NCBI GenBank assembly: GCA_026705445.1
Contig: JAPPAR010000001.1
Coordinates: 8,030-72,029 of the forward strand
DNA: 64,000 bases
Direction of reading: 5' to 3'
Origin: Candidatus Dadabacteria bacterium
Lineage (GTDB): Bacteria; Desulfobacterota_D; UBA1144; Nemesobacterales; Nemesobacteraceae
Shown: in pieces, positions 10,601 to 19,250 of the stretch
Layout of the letters: each line of letters opens with the position of its first letter
Numbering within the stretch: position 1 is the stretch's first letter
The notes under the pieces: generated by a model
Told to the model about the DNA's origin: nothing
Databases searched by the model: none
The model's input: the letters and a program-made list of their open reading frames with translations, nothing else
Translations under genes and position numbers: made by a program

Positions 10601-10753
10601 CTGGGATTCGGACTTGTTTTTTCGACTTTCGTCATACTTTACCTTGTGCCCTGTCTTTATCTGGTTCTTGACGATATTGGCAAGCGGTTGCGGTATTTCA
10701 CCCGTCTGAGGACATTGGGGACGGGTGGAAGAGATTTCCTGCAAATTAGTTAA
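7637..10753 (+). CDS. Efflux RND transporter permease subunit (AcrB/CzcA superfamily)
   Basis: 1038 aa with 12-TM RND topology and two large periplasmic loops. The N-terminus (FVNLLMGAILLIGLLF...LPLELFPS) is characteristic. No adjacent adaptor or OMF gene is present. Confidence 0.9.
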   Translation: MHIADFSVRNSFFVNLLMGAILLIGLLFSFSLPLELFPSVKLEMVTVTTSFPGSSAEDVENLVSVPIEQQIKNVSGVKIVKSVSSEGFSRVTAEVYPGEDTRRIAWEIDSKINLIADDLPEDTEEPVTEEQKASFPLVSVSVSGDMPRDILYSSARRLRDELGLLDGIDNMTSVGLPDPAIWVYLDYPKMVQFGLGIKEISDAINARNLDIPGANFTGNSTDFLLRTEGKIRSVEDLLNIPVARSVEGKHILLRDVATVALGEQREDLRSRINGRPAITFWVEKQKDVDILDTVDRIRELTEKYENQFPEDVEINLAFDRSHWVKSRLRTMLKSGGLGFVLVVILLTLFLDRKAAFIAALGIPVSFLGAAILMKMTGTTLNVLSMFGLIMMLGMVVDDAIIVVENVQRYVSRGMEPLRAAVVGTKEVAWPVVATVLTNIAAFTPLLLATGLIGQFLSVIPKVAIFALCFSLFEALLIMPSHCADWLPANGTTRSPRGNAPLLRVRGLYLRGLLFALRNRYAVIGCFTVIFAVSVFMFVRIPNVMFYLHDTEEIMVRVENPPSSSLEHTAASVAQVEEAVRHSVPTHVLRNTLSMVGLDMSDPDNMFSTGDHVATVLVEYEDYSARKENALELSEIAESRVGETVTGAKQVDFVTTTGPPTGKPVDVKISGDDIPVLMEIASRVREYLSNQPGVSAATSNLIYGKPEARVEIDERKAGVFGIDKWNVSREIKALGDGLTVAKTRVGEEEVEINLRYGRGESSVFSVKSHQVPTPLGRRVPIGTVAEITESKTPLEIRREKLRRTVTVTAEVDNQTTTSREVTANLSRHLDGLLENYPGYSFRFAGEEEQYTQAISDIKKASLLALLLIYLILASILRSTFQPLIIMSVLPFCITGVIIAILLRGEPMTLPAIIGMVALLGIVVNDSLLLMNFINRRAKKMPSKAVAIVFSARYRFRPIVLTTLTTFSGLFSLMFAYKGQAGILAPMAASLGFGLVFSTFVILYLVPCLYLVLDDIGKRLRYFTRLRTLGTGGRDFLQIS

Positions 10754-10921
10754 TGACTAGGTACCCTGTACAATTACAAAAGTGCTTTTTGAGGGCTCAG
10801 CGACTGAAGATCGGGCGGAAAATATCGATTAAGAACCGTTATGCTCGGTGTTCTTGTATCCGTTAGGGTGATTCGGCCACGCGGCGAAATGCGGTATTTC
10901 TTTTCAAATTGATTTCTCTAT

Positions 10922-10948
10922 TTGACTAACAGCAGGCAAGTGTATAGT
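10922..10948 (+). promoter_or_regulatory. Putative sigma70-type promoter upstream of gap (TTGACT-N15-TATAGT)
   Basis: Hexamers identified by eye about 40 bp upstream of the gap ATG. The spacer is short, at 15 nt. Confidence 0.3.
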
Positions 10949-10986
10949 TTTTGCGAAGTTCAAAGTCAAGTTTCGGAGGTTTTGTG

Positions 10987-11994
10987 ATGTCCATCAGGGT
11001 TGGAATAAACGGGTTTGGAAGAATAGGAAGGCATGTGCTCAGAATCGGTCTAGGCAGAGAAGACCTTGAGTTCGTGGGCATAAACGATATTACGGACACC
11101 GAAACCCTGGCCCATCTTTTCAAGTACGATTCGGTGTTCGGCCGCTACCCGGGAGAGGTCGAGTGCAACGGCGAGGGAATAACCGTAGATGGAAAGTTCA
11201 TAAAGGTGTTTTCGGAGAGAAACCCTGCGAATATTCCCTGGGCCGAAACGGGAGCACAGGTCATAGCGGAGGCAAGCGGCATTTTCAGAACCCGTGAGGC
11301 CGCTGCGGCGCACATGGGCGAGACCGTGAAAAAGGTGATAATTACCGCCCCGGCAAGCGGCAAGGTGGATTTCACCACGGTAATGGGCATAAACGATGAC
11401 GACTACGAGCCCGAAGGTCACGATGTGATTTCAAATGCATCCTGCACGACCAACTGCTTCGGCCTGCTGGTCAAGGTTCTCCACGAAAATTTCTCGATCA
11501 GGCGTGGGGAGATGACCACGATACATTCCTATACGAACGATCAGAGGATACTCGACACTCCGCATAAGGATAAAAGAAGGGCAAGAGCGGCTGCGCTCTC
11601 CATTATTCCTACCAGCACGGGGGCCGCAAACGCCATACAGCTTGTCTTTCCGGAGCTTAAGGGGAAACTCTCTGCGGTAGCCGTAAGGGTGCCCACGCCC
11701 AATGTGTCGCTTGTGGATTTTACCTGCGAAGTGGAAAAAGGAACTTCCGCAGAAGAGGTGAACGCAAAGTTCAAGGAATCAGCCGAAGGAACGCTTAGCG
11801 GCTACCTTGCTTACGTCGAGGACGAAATCGTTTCTTCCGATCTTGTGGGAGATACCCATTCCTGCTCTTTTGACTCAATGCTGACTTCAGTGGTGGAGGA
11901 CAATCTGGTCAAGGTTGTCGCCTGGTACGACAACGAGTACGGATACACTTCCAGAGTAGTTGATCTTATAGAACTCGTGGGGGAAACCCTTTGA
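10987..11994 (+). CDS. gap: Type I glyceraldehyde-3-phosphate dehydrogenase
   Basis: MSIRVGINGFGRIGR N-terminus and an SCTTNC active-site cysteine region. Confidence 0.9.
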   Translation: MSIRVGINGFGRIGRHVLRIGLGREDLEFVGINDITDTETLAHLFKYDSVFGRYPGEVECNGEGITVDGKFIKVFSERNPANIPWAETGAQVIAEASGIFRTREAAAAHMGETVKKVIITAPASGKVDFTTVMGINDDDYEPEGHDVISNASCTTNCFGLLVKVLHENFSIRRGEMTTIHSYTNDQRILDTPHKDKRRARAAALSIIPTSTGAANAIQLVFPELKGKLSAVAVRVPTPNVSLVDFTCEVEKGTSAEEVNAKFKESAEGTLSGYLAYVEDEIVSSDLVGDTHSCSFDSMLTSVVEDNLVKVVAWYDNEYGYTSRVVDLIELVGETL

Positions 11995-13190
11995 AGAAAA
12001 AGCTTCTTGTGACCGACCTTCCCTGCTCTGAGTACGAGGGGAAAAGAGTTTTTGTAAGGGTTGATTTCAACGTTCCCGTAAACGGCGGAAAGATAACTGA
12101 AGATTACAGGATAAGACGCACTATCCCCACGATCGATTACCTTACAAGATGCGGGGCCAGGGTAATACTTGCTTCCCACATGGGAAGACCGAAAGGACGC
12201 AGGATAGAAAATCTTTCAATGGCTCCGGTGGCGGAAAGGCTTAACGAGTTTCTGGGTATCAAGGTCCGTTTTCCGGGCGCGGTTGTCGGCAGGAAGGTTG
12301 AGAACGCCTCAAAGAAACTCAAAAACGGCGAGGTGATGCTCCTTGAGAATCTCAGGTATCACAATGAAGAAGCGGAAAACGATGAGGATTTCTCGCGGAA
12401 ACTTGCCTCTTTGGCTGATATTTACGTGAACGAAGCTTTCGGCACCTCGCACAGGGCCCACGCCTCCACCTACGGAATGACCGCTCATTTTGAGAAAAAG
12501 CTCGCGGGTCTTATGGTGGGAAACGAAATAAAGTTTCTGAGCCGTCTGATAAAGAGACCAAAAAACCCCTACTTAGTCATTGTCGGGGGCATGAAGATAA
12601 AGGACAAGATAGGGGCACTCAAGAACATAATAAAGAAAGCGGACAGGGTTCTTGTGGGCGGCGGGGTGGCTTATACCTTTCTTGCGGCGCGCGGGGTTAG
12701 CGTCGGGAAATGTTCCGTGGAGAAAGAGATGATTTGCTGGGCCCGGGAAGCCCTTGAAACCTACAAGGAAAAAATCATTCTGCCCGTTGATCACGTGATG
12801 GCCGAGGCCGACGGCGGCAGAAAGATGCGTGTGGTGGTTACAGGCGCGGAGATTCCCGACGACATGACGGCTTTTGACATAGGGCCGAAGACGGTGGAGA
12901 AATTCACCTCATATATAAAGGGGAAAGGCACGGTTTTCTGGAACGGTCCCATGGGATTTTTCGAGTTGGATGATTTTTCAAACGGCACGAGCGCCATCGC
13001 TAGGTCGTTTGCGCTTGCCACATGGAGGGGGGCCACCACGGTTCTCGGAGGAGGGGACAGCGTGGCGTCACTTAAGAAGTCCGGGGTCAAGTTCTCCGAA
13101 GCGACCCACGTGTCGACCGGGGGCGGGGCCTGTTTTGAATTCCTAGGCGGGGTAGACCTTCCGGGAATATCGATTCTCAGTGACAGCTAG
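11991..13190 (+). CDS. pgk: Phosphoglycerate kinase
   Basis: KRVFVRVDFNVP motif. The gene overlaps the gap stop and ends with TAG. The apparent start is TTG. Confidence 0.9.
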   Translation: MKKKLLVTDLPCSEYEGKRVFVRVDFNVPVNGGKITEDYRIRRTIPTIDYLTRCGARVILASHMGRPKGRRIENLSMAPVAERLNEFLGIKVRFPGAVVGRKVENASKKLKNGEVMLLENLRYHNEEAENDEDFSRKLASLADIYVNEAFGTSHRAHASTYGMTAHFEKKLAGLMVGNEIKFLSRLIKRPKNPYLVIVGGMKIKDKIGALKNIIKKADRVLVGGGVAYTFLAARGVSVGKCSVEKEMICWAREALETYKEKIILPVDHVMAEADGGRKMRVVVTGAEIPDDMTAFDIGPKTVEKFTSYIKGKGTVFWNGPMGFFELDDFSNGTSAIARSFALATWRGATTVLGGGDSVASLKKSGVKFSEATHVSTGGGACFEFLGGVDLPGISILSDS

Positions 13191-13246
13191 GGCTCGATCA
13201 GGTATTTATTTCAGTAGGATCTTAAGATTTTTTCAAGGGAGAACCC

Positions 13247-14320
13247 ATGGCCATAAAGGAACTCAAGAAAATCAATGATATAGAGGCGGCGCTGGGAGCG
13301 GACTCGGAATACCTGCTCGGTCACAAGTGCACTACGATAAGCAAAAAAGACCTTTATCTCCCCGGTCCGGGCTACGTGGATGAGGTGTTTGTGCAGAACG
13401 ACCGGTCGCCCGCCGTGATAAGGAACCTGCAGAACATTCTTGACCACGGTCGCCTAGGGGGAACGGGATACGTATCAATCCTGCCGGTGGACCAGGGAGT
13501 TGAGCACTCCGCGGGAGCATCTTTTGCGGTGAATCCCATCTATTTCGATCCGGAGAACATAGTGAAGCTTGCCATGGAGGGGGGATGTAACGGCGTTGCC
13601 TCGACCGTGGGAGCACTGGCTTCGGTCTCAAGAAAATACGCGCACAAGATTCCTTTTATAGCCAAGATCAACCACAATGAGCTTCTGAGCTATCCTAATA
13701 CTTTTGACCAGATTCTTTTCGGAAACGTGGATCAGGCCTTTCAGATGGGGGCAGTGGCAGTTGGTGCGACTGTATATTTCGGTTCCGAGGAAAGTTCCCG
13801 TCAGATCCAGGAAATATCGGAAGTTTTCAGCCACGCCCATTCCCTGGGACTTGCGACCATACTCTGGGCCTACCTGAGAAACCCGGCTTTCAAGCAGGAC
13901 GAGGCCGATTACCATGTTTCAGCTGATCTTACGGGGCAGGCGAATCACCTCTCGGTGACCATAGGGGCAGATATAGTCAAGCAGAAGCTCCCGGAGAACA
14001 ACGGAGGCTTTACGGCTCTTTCCTTCGGAAAAACCCACGATAGGGTTTATTCGGATCTTACCTCTGACCACCCCATAGACCTTACCCGCTACCAGGTCGC
14101 AAACTGCTACATGGGGAGGCTGGGCCTGATAAATTCGGGAGGCGCCTCAGGTTCGGACGATCTTGCGGACGCGGTGAGAACCGCCATTGTAAATAAAAGG
14201 GCCGGAGGTATGGGGCTGATAAGCGGAAGAAAGTCTTTCCAGAAACCCTTTAAGGAAGGGGTAGCGCTTCTAAGGAGTGTTCAGAATGTCTACCTGGAGC
14301 GGGAAATCACGATCGCCTGA
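13247..14320 (+). CDS. Class I fructose-bisphosphate aldolase (FbaB/DhnA type)
   Basis: 357 aa, collinear with class I (Schiff-base) FBA. It sits in a glycolytic cluster after gap and pgk. Confidence 0.7.
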   Translation: MAIKELKKINDIEAALGADSEYLLGHKCTTISKKDLYLPGPGYVDEVFVQNDRSPAVIRNLQNILDHGRLGGTGYVSILPVDQGVEHSAGASFAVNPIYFDPENIVKLAMEGGCNGVASTVGALASVSRKYAHKIPFIAKINHNELLSYPNTFDQILFGNVDQAFQMGAVAVGATVYFGSEESSRQIQEISEVFSHAHSLGLATILWAYLRNPAFKQDEADYHVSADLTGQANHLSVTIGADIVKQKLPENNGGFTALSFGKTHDRVYSDLTSDHPIDLTRYQVANCYMGRLGLINSGGASGSDDLADAVRTAIVNKRAGGMGLISGRKSFQKPFKEGVALLRSVQNVYLEREITIA

Positions 14321-14334
14321 GCAGCCTCGGGTTC

Positions 14335-15378
14335 CTACCTGAAGTGACCTATTACTTCTCCCGCAAGCGCATTGAAGGAGTATTCCAGGTCAGGGCTGAA
14401 ATCCCTGATTATGAAGTGGGTGACTCCGGCTTCTATATATTCTTCGAACCTTTTTATCGCGTCGCCGGCCGTTCCGTATATAACGAAGTCGGACAGTATA
14501 TCCCTCGTATAGTATTTTTCTCCCATCTGCCTGAATCTTGCTAGCATGTCCTGATCGTTGGGCATTATGCTCGTATAGGAAAGTCCCTTGTACTGCGGTT
14601 CTATTTTGAGGTCGTACCCGGCTTCCTCTATCACGTCGGGCCAGATTATAGCGTGCTTTATTCTGTCAAGGGTTTCGTAGGCGGTGTCCTTATCCTTGGC
14701 GATGGACACGAAAATATATATGCACTTCTCAAAGTTCTCTGCGGCGGCGTTCTCTCCCATGGCTTTTTCCACTTCGGCGAGTTTGCTCGAAAAAACCCAT
14801 GTGGGCATCGCGTTTGTTACCCATCCGTTTCCGAGTGCGCCTGCGACCCCGAGAGCCTTCGAACCGGTCGCGGCTATGTATACGGGAATGTCCTTTCCGT
14901 TAACGGGGCTTACCCTTACTTCGGCTTCGCTAAGAGAGAAGAATTCCCCCTCGAAGGTCACCGTCTCCCCGGCCCAAAGCCGCCTCATAAGCGGCACGGA
15001 TTCCCTGAGACGCGCAAGAGGCCTGTTCCAGCTTATGCCGTAGTAGTCAAGATTCATTTTTTCCCCGTACCCAAGGCAGCTGAACGCTCTTCCCCCGGAG
15101 AGGTTGTCTATGGTCGCAAGTCTGTGGGCGAACATCGCGGGATGGGACCTGTGAGGATCCCCTATGGCTCCAAGGCGGATTCTGTCGGTCTTTACCGCCG
15201 CGGCCGTGATTACCGACCATACTTCGGGAGTCAGTTTTTTCGCCATAAACAGTATGTGGTCTGGATACCACACGGCGTCGAAACCGGCCTCCTCGCAGCG
15301 GACGGCGAAGTCCACAAGTTCCGTAACCGGTTTTCCCGGAAGGGGGGCGGTAAGCCCGAAGCTTATTTTTTCACCCAT
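14335..15378 (-). CDS. Luciferase-like (LLM) flavin/F420-dependent oxidoreductase
   Basis: 347 aa with a TIM-barrel LLM pattern (DAVWYPDH, IRLG..IG). F420 dependence is inferred only from cofE being in the same window. Confidence 0.6.
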   Translation of the reverse strand: MGEKISFGLTAPLPGKPVTELVDFAVRCEEAGFDAVWYPDHILFMAKKLTPEVWSVITAAAVKTDRIRLGAIGDPHRSHPAMFAHRLATIDNLSGGRAFSCLGYGEKMNLDYYGISWNRPLARLRESVPLMRRLWAGETVTFEGEFFSLSEAEVRVSPVNGKDIPVYIAATGSKALGVAGALGNGWVTNAMPTWVFSSKLAEVEKAMGENAAAENFEKCIYIFVSIAKDKDTAYETLDRIKHAIIWPDVIEEAGYDLKIEPQYKGLSYTSIMPNDQDMLARFRQMGEKYYTRDILSDFVIYGTAGDAIKRFEEYIEAGVTHFIIRDFSPDLEYSFNALAGEVIGHFR

Positions 15379-15380
15379 TC

Positions 15381-16400
15381 TTACTCCTCCTCAGATTCTT
15401 TGGTGTCCTTCAAGAAGTTGAGGAACTTACTTACCATGTTGTAGGAACCTATATATATGGGGGTTCTCTGGTGAAGTTCCGTCGGCTGAATGTCAAGAGT
15501 CCTTTCCGTTCCGCTTGACGACGCTCCTCCAGCCTGTTCCACGATGAAGGCCATCGGGTTGCACTCGTAGAGAAGCCTGAGTTTTCCGTTGGGAGAATCC
15601 GAGGTTTTCGGATAAAGAAATATTCCTCCCTTGAGCAGGTTCCTGTGTATATCTGCTACCATGGACCCGACGTACCGAAGCGATAGCCTGGAATTGCCGT
15701 CTCCGTCTCTGCAGTGATCGAGATACTTCTTTACCCTGTCGGGGAATTTCGAATAGTTATAGTAGTTGACTGAGAAGATGTTGCCGTGGCTCGGGATCTT
15801 TATGTTCGGATGGGAGAGGCAGAACTCTCCTATCGAGGGGTCAAGGGTAAACCCGTTTACTCCGTGGCCGGTAGTGTACACCAGCATGGTCGAAGAACCG
15901 TATATTATGTATCCGGCAGCCGTCTGGGTCTTGCCCGGCTGCAGAAAATCTTCCTTGAGACACGGGGAAAACATCTTTGACGTTCTTCTATATACGGAGA
16001 ATATGGTTCCAACCGATACGTTCACGTCTATGTTGGAGGATCCGTCGAGAGGGTCGATGGCTATTACGTATTTTGAGTTTCTCGAGTTCTCGTCGGAAAA
16101 TGCTATGAAATCCTCGTTCTCCTCAGACGCTACCCCCGCGCATTCTCCGCCATGTTCAAGTGCGGTCAGAAACTTTTCGTTCGCGTAGGAATCAAGCTTT
16201 CTTACCTCTTCTCCCTGAATGTTTACCTGGCCCGTTTTGCCCAGAATATCCGCGACCAGACCGGCTTTGTTTACTTCCCTGTGGACTATTTTCGCTGCGA
16301 ATCCTATATCCCGAAGCAGCCTGGAGAGCTCCCCGGTGGAATAGGGAAATTCATACTGATTTCTTATGATGAATTCGTCAAGAGTAGTTATCGAAACCAT
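15381..16400 (-). CDS. fbp: Fructose-1,6-bisphosphatase class 1
   Basis: 339 aa. The N-terminal [25 protein letters not shown] pattern and metal-binding DPLDGSSN are typical of class I FBPase. Confidence 0.85.
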   Translation of the reverse strand: MVSITTLDEFIIRNQYEFPYSTGELSRLLRDIGFAAKIVHREVNKAGLVADILGKTGQVNIQGEEVRKLDSYANEKFLTALEHGGECAGVASEENEDFIAFSDENSRNSKYVIAIDPLDGSSNIDVNVSVGTIFSVYRRTSKMFSPCLKEDFLQPGKTQTAAGYIIYGSSTMLVYTTGHGVNGFTLDPSIGEFCLSHPNIKIPSHGNIFSVNYYNYSKFPDRVKKYLDHCRDGDGNSRLSLRYVGSMVADIHRNLLKGGIFLYPKTSDSPNGKLRLLYECNPMAFIVEQAGGASSSGTERTLDIQPTELHQRTPIYIGSYNMVSKFLNFLKDTKESEEE

Positions 16401-16623
16401 GTCGCGAGTTGTTCTAGAGAAAGGCCATGGAGAAAAGGCTCTTCAAATAAGAGTTTAACTGAATCAGCACGGTTAATTAAGAGCGGGATAACAACTTGGG
16501 CAGTTTATTACGAATTGGAATTAATAATTCTCGCTTTACAACTATTTTGGTAGCATATAACATTTGCTCCGTGAGGATTCAAAAGCCTTTCGAGGTTCCT
16601 AGTCTGAGAAAAGGCAGAATGTC

Positions 16624-17973
16624 ATGAGGAGTATTACGCTTAAAAATTTCCGATGTTTCCGCGCAGAGCAGACAGCTAAGTTGGCTCCACTGACTCTGCT
16701 AGTAGGTGAGAATAGTACCGGTAAGACATCTTTTATGGCAATGATTCGGGCTCTTTGGGATGTTGCCTATCGGTATCAGATACCGGATTTCAAGGAACCT
16801 CCATATGATCTTGGCAGTTTTGACGAGATTGCGTATAACAGAGGTGCTAGGGGCGGTCAGGTAGATACGTTTGAGGCGGGGTTTGATCCTAACAATCTTA
16901 TTGTGTTTAAAAATGATGCGACTGATAAGGTTCGTCCCTATCATTTAAATATTACTTTTGCAAAAGATGGAACAGTTCCAGTTCCAGTGCGGAGACGGAT
17001 GACTTGTGAGGATTTGTGGATCGAAGAATTCTTGGAACCGAAAAACCGCGATTTCCGATTTCGCGTCGGTACCGAAAAGGGGTCGTGGGAGTTTAAGGCC
17101 AGTTTGGACTTGGGTAGTCCTTCGGATTTTGCCCATTACGCAATAGCCCCTTTCTTTTATACACTTCCAGAGGAAGTAGAAGGGCTTAGTCCACTGGAAG
17201 GTTCCGAAAAGATTACTAAGAAAGATCTGGAAAGACTCCGTGAATTTTGGGGTTTTTGCTTCACGGGCTTGTTCAGAAAGGCTGATCGTCCATACGCAAG
17301 TGCACCGGTTCGTTCCGAACCAAAGCGCACTTACGATCCGGCTCGTCTCTCGTCAGACCCCGAGGGCGATTATGTTCCAATGTATTTGGCCAACGCATAT
17401 GCCCGCCAGAGGAGGGTGTGGAACTATCTTAAAAACGAGCTTGAGAGATTTGGACAAGCTTCGGGACTTTTTGACGAAATCACTGTTAAGCATCTTGGAA
17501 AAACTTTAGGTTCACCTTTTCAGTTACAGGTGAGAAAATTTGCGGGCAGGAGGAAAGGGCCGTGGAAAAACTTGGTTGATGTGGGTTATGGTATAAGTCA
17601 GGTTTTACCTGTGGTGACAGAATTGTTTCGCCAAGATGCAGCGCCGTTGGTACTGTTACAGCAGCCGGAAGTGCACCTTCACCCCAGTGCTCAGGCTGCT
17701 CTGGGAACCTTATTCTGCCAAATTGCCGTACGAAGTTCTCAGCTAGTTGTTGAGACGCACAGTGACTACATAGTTGACCGCGTACGCATGGAGGTTCGCG
17801 ACAACAATATTCCGTTGAAGCCGGAGGATGTTTCAATTCTGTTTTTTGAGCGTAAGGAGTTAGATGTTCATATTCACTCTCTTCGGCTAGATGAAGAGGG
17901 AAATATCTTAGACGTTCCACCGAACTACAGAAATTTTTTCATGGAAGAGAGCCGGAGACTTTGGGGTCTATAA
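16624..17973 (+). CDS. OLD/ABC-type AAA family ATPase (AAA_21/DUF3696-like architecture)
   Basis: Walker A GENSTGKTS is at residues 28-36. The C-terminal Walker-B/D-loop region reads LLQQPEVHLHP, followed by an ETHSDYIVD H-loop. The local GC is low, about 45%. Confidence 0.7.
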   Translation: MRSITLKNFRCFRAEQTAKLAPLTLLVGENSTGKTSFMAMIRALWDVAYRYQIPDFKEPPYDLGSFDEIAYNRGARGGQVDTFEAGFDPNNLIVFKNDATDKVRPYHLNITFAKDGTVPVPVRRRMTCEDLWIEEFLEPKNRDFRFRVGTEKGSWEFKASLDLGSPSDFAHYAIAPFFYTLPEEVEGLSPLEGSEKITKKDLERLREFWGFCFTGLFRKADRPYASAPVRSEPKRTYDPARLSSDPEGDYVPMYLANAYARQRRVWNYLKNELERFGQASGLFDEITVKHLGKTLGSPFQLQVRKFAGRRKGPWKNLVDVGYGISQVLPVVTELFRQDAAPLVLLQQPEVHLHPSAQAALGTLFCQIAVRSSQLVVETHSDYIVDRVRMEVRDNNIPLKPEDVSILFFERKELDVHIHSLRLDEEGNILDVPPNYRNFFMEESRRLWGL

Positions 17974-17976
17974 GAA

Positions 17977-18459
17977 ATGGGTGCGATTTTGGATGCAAAC
18001 GTTGCCCATGAGGTGTTCGGTGGTTGCAATCGTCCCGAGGCAGGCAGACGATTCTTTAATCAGATCAACAGGGGGGAAGGTATTCTGGTGGCTGGAGGCA
18101 AGTTGCTTAAGGAACTCTTAAGTACATCAGTCAGGAGAAATATAGATGAAGCATTTCGTTCGGGGAAAATTAAGAAGATAAATGATCGGAAAATTGATGC
18201 ATTGACGAAGAAGCTTCAAGATCAAGGAGGATTCAAATCGAATGACCCCCATGTTCTTGTTTTGGCTCAAGTCAGCGGAGCCCGACTTCTCTATTCAAAC
18301 GATAGTGATCTGCAGAAAGATTTCGGGAATAAGGAGTTGGTTGATCGACCTCGGGGTAAAGTATATTCCACAAAGCACGGTGGCGGGAAATTCCAAAGAA
18401 GTCATAAGATACTTCTCCTAGAACTTAAGAACGGGGATCTGTGCGGATCTCCTCAGTAA
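17977..18459 (+). CDS. Small PIN-like (possibly Toprim-like) nuclease-domain protein, partner of the upstream ATPase
   Basis: 160 aa. It has the pattern N-terminal hydrophobic-Asp (AILDANV), ...NDPHVLVLAQVSGARLLYSNDSDL, resembling PIN motifs (D ... D.hhhA.A ... T.D.D). The start is 3 nt after the ATPase stop. Confidence 0.45.
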   Translation: MGAILDANVAHEVFGGCNRPEAGRRFFNQINRGEGILVAGGKLLKELLSTSVRRNIDEAFRSGKIKKINDRKIDALTKKLQDQGGFKSNDPHVLVLAQVSGARLLYSNDSDLQKDFGNKELVDRPRGKVYSTKHGGGKFQRSHKILLLELKNGDLCGSPQ

Positions 18460-18583
18460 TTGTACCTTTCGTGCTGTCTGGCTACTTGATCGGATAGTCT
18501 GAATTTCTTAAGAATATATTCAGAGTTGCCGTGAAGGTTTCTCAATCTCTAATTGGTGGAATAAAGTCGCTATTCATCCTCGC

Positions 18584-19120
18584 TCACTCGAAGTCTGACC
18601 CCTGTTTTCCTTCCCGCAGTTCCCGGAGTTTTTCCAGGCTCTCGTCAAGATCATCCGGCGCCTGCTCCCTGATAATTTGATATCCGCTGATGACTTTGGG
18701 AGCCAGAACGGAATTCTTGATGAAAGGAGCATCCTCATCCACAAACTGCTTTACCCCGGTTACCAGAAGGTAGCAGAGCAGTAGACCGACTATAAAGCCC
18801 ATCGCCCCGCCGAGGAGATGGTTAATCCATCCCATCTTGACTTTTTCCAGCAGGTCCGTCAGGAAATGGGAAAGATAATGTATGAGCATGTACGCAAGGG
18901 AGGCTACGATCAGAAATCCCAGAATGTCGGCGATTCTCGGTTCGGCGATAATGTTTTTTTCAAGCAGAATAGCCCCCAGCGGTCCATAGAAGAAGAAGCC
19001 CAGCGCCACTCCCCCTATTATGGCGGTCAGTGAGAAAAACTGCTTTATAAGGCCTGACCTGAGCCCACCCCCGAAACAGGCCAAGATCATGAATAAGAGT
19101 AAGATATCAAACAGGTTCAA
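18584..19120 (-). CDS. cvpA: CvpA family membrane protein
   Basis: 178 aa with four TM segments. The N-terminus MNLFDILLLFMILACFGGGLRSG matches the CvpA family. Confidence 0.75.
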   Translation of the reverse strand: MNLFDILLLFMILACFGGGLRSGLIKQFFSLTAIIGGVALGFFFYGPLGAILLEKNIIAEPRIADILGFLIVASLAYMLIHYLSHFLTDLLEKVKMGWINHLLGGAMGFIVGLLLCYLLVTGVKQFVDEDAPFIKNSVLAPKVISGYQIIREQAPDDLDESLEKLRELREGKQGSDFE

Positions 19121-19213
19121 ATCGGTTTACCGTTACGCTCTTGCGGATTGTTTTACGAAAAATTCCCTTTAAAAAAGGAAACTTACATCAGGTTAACGGT
19201 GGTGTCCAGTCTT

Positions 19214-19240
19214 TGACTTGTCGGGTTCGTTCGTATAGTC
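19214..19240 (+). promoter_or_regulatory. Putative promoter (TTGACT-N15-TATAGT) immediately upstream of the polyprenyl synthase ATG
   Basis: The hexamers are identical to those of the putative gap promoter. The -10 element ends about 10 nt before the ATG, which may give a leaderless or short-leader transcript. Confidence 0.3.
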
Positions 19241-19250
19241 TAAGCGTCCG

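Noticed and set aside
16400-18583. Direct repeats (att-like) flanking the ATPase/PIN cassette
   Set aside because: Only an 8-bp shared string (TAGTCTGA) is found in the two spacers, which is not enough to call target-site duplications. The island boundaries rest on GC content alone.
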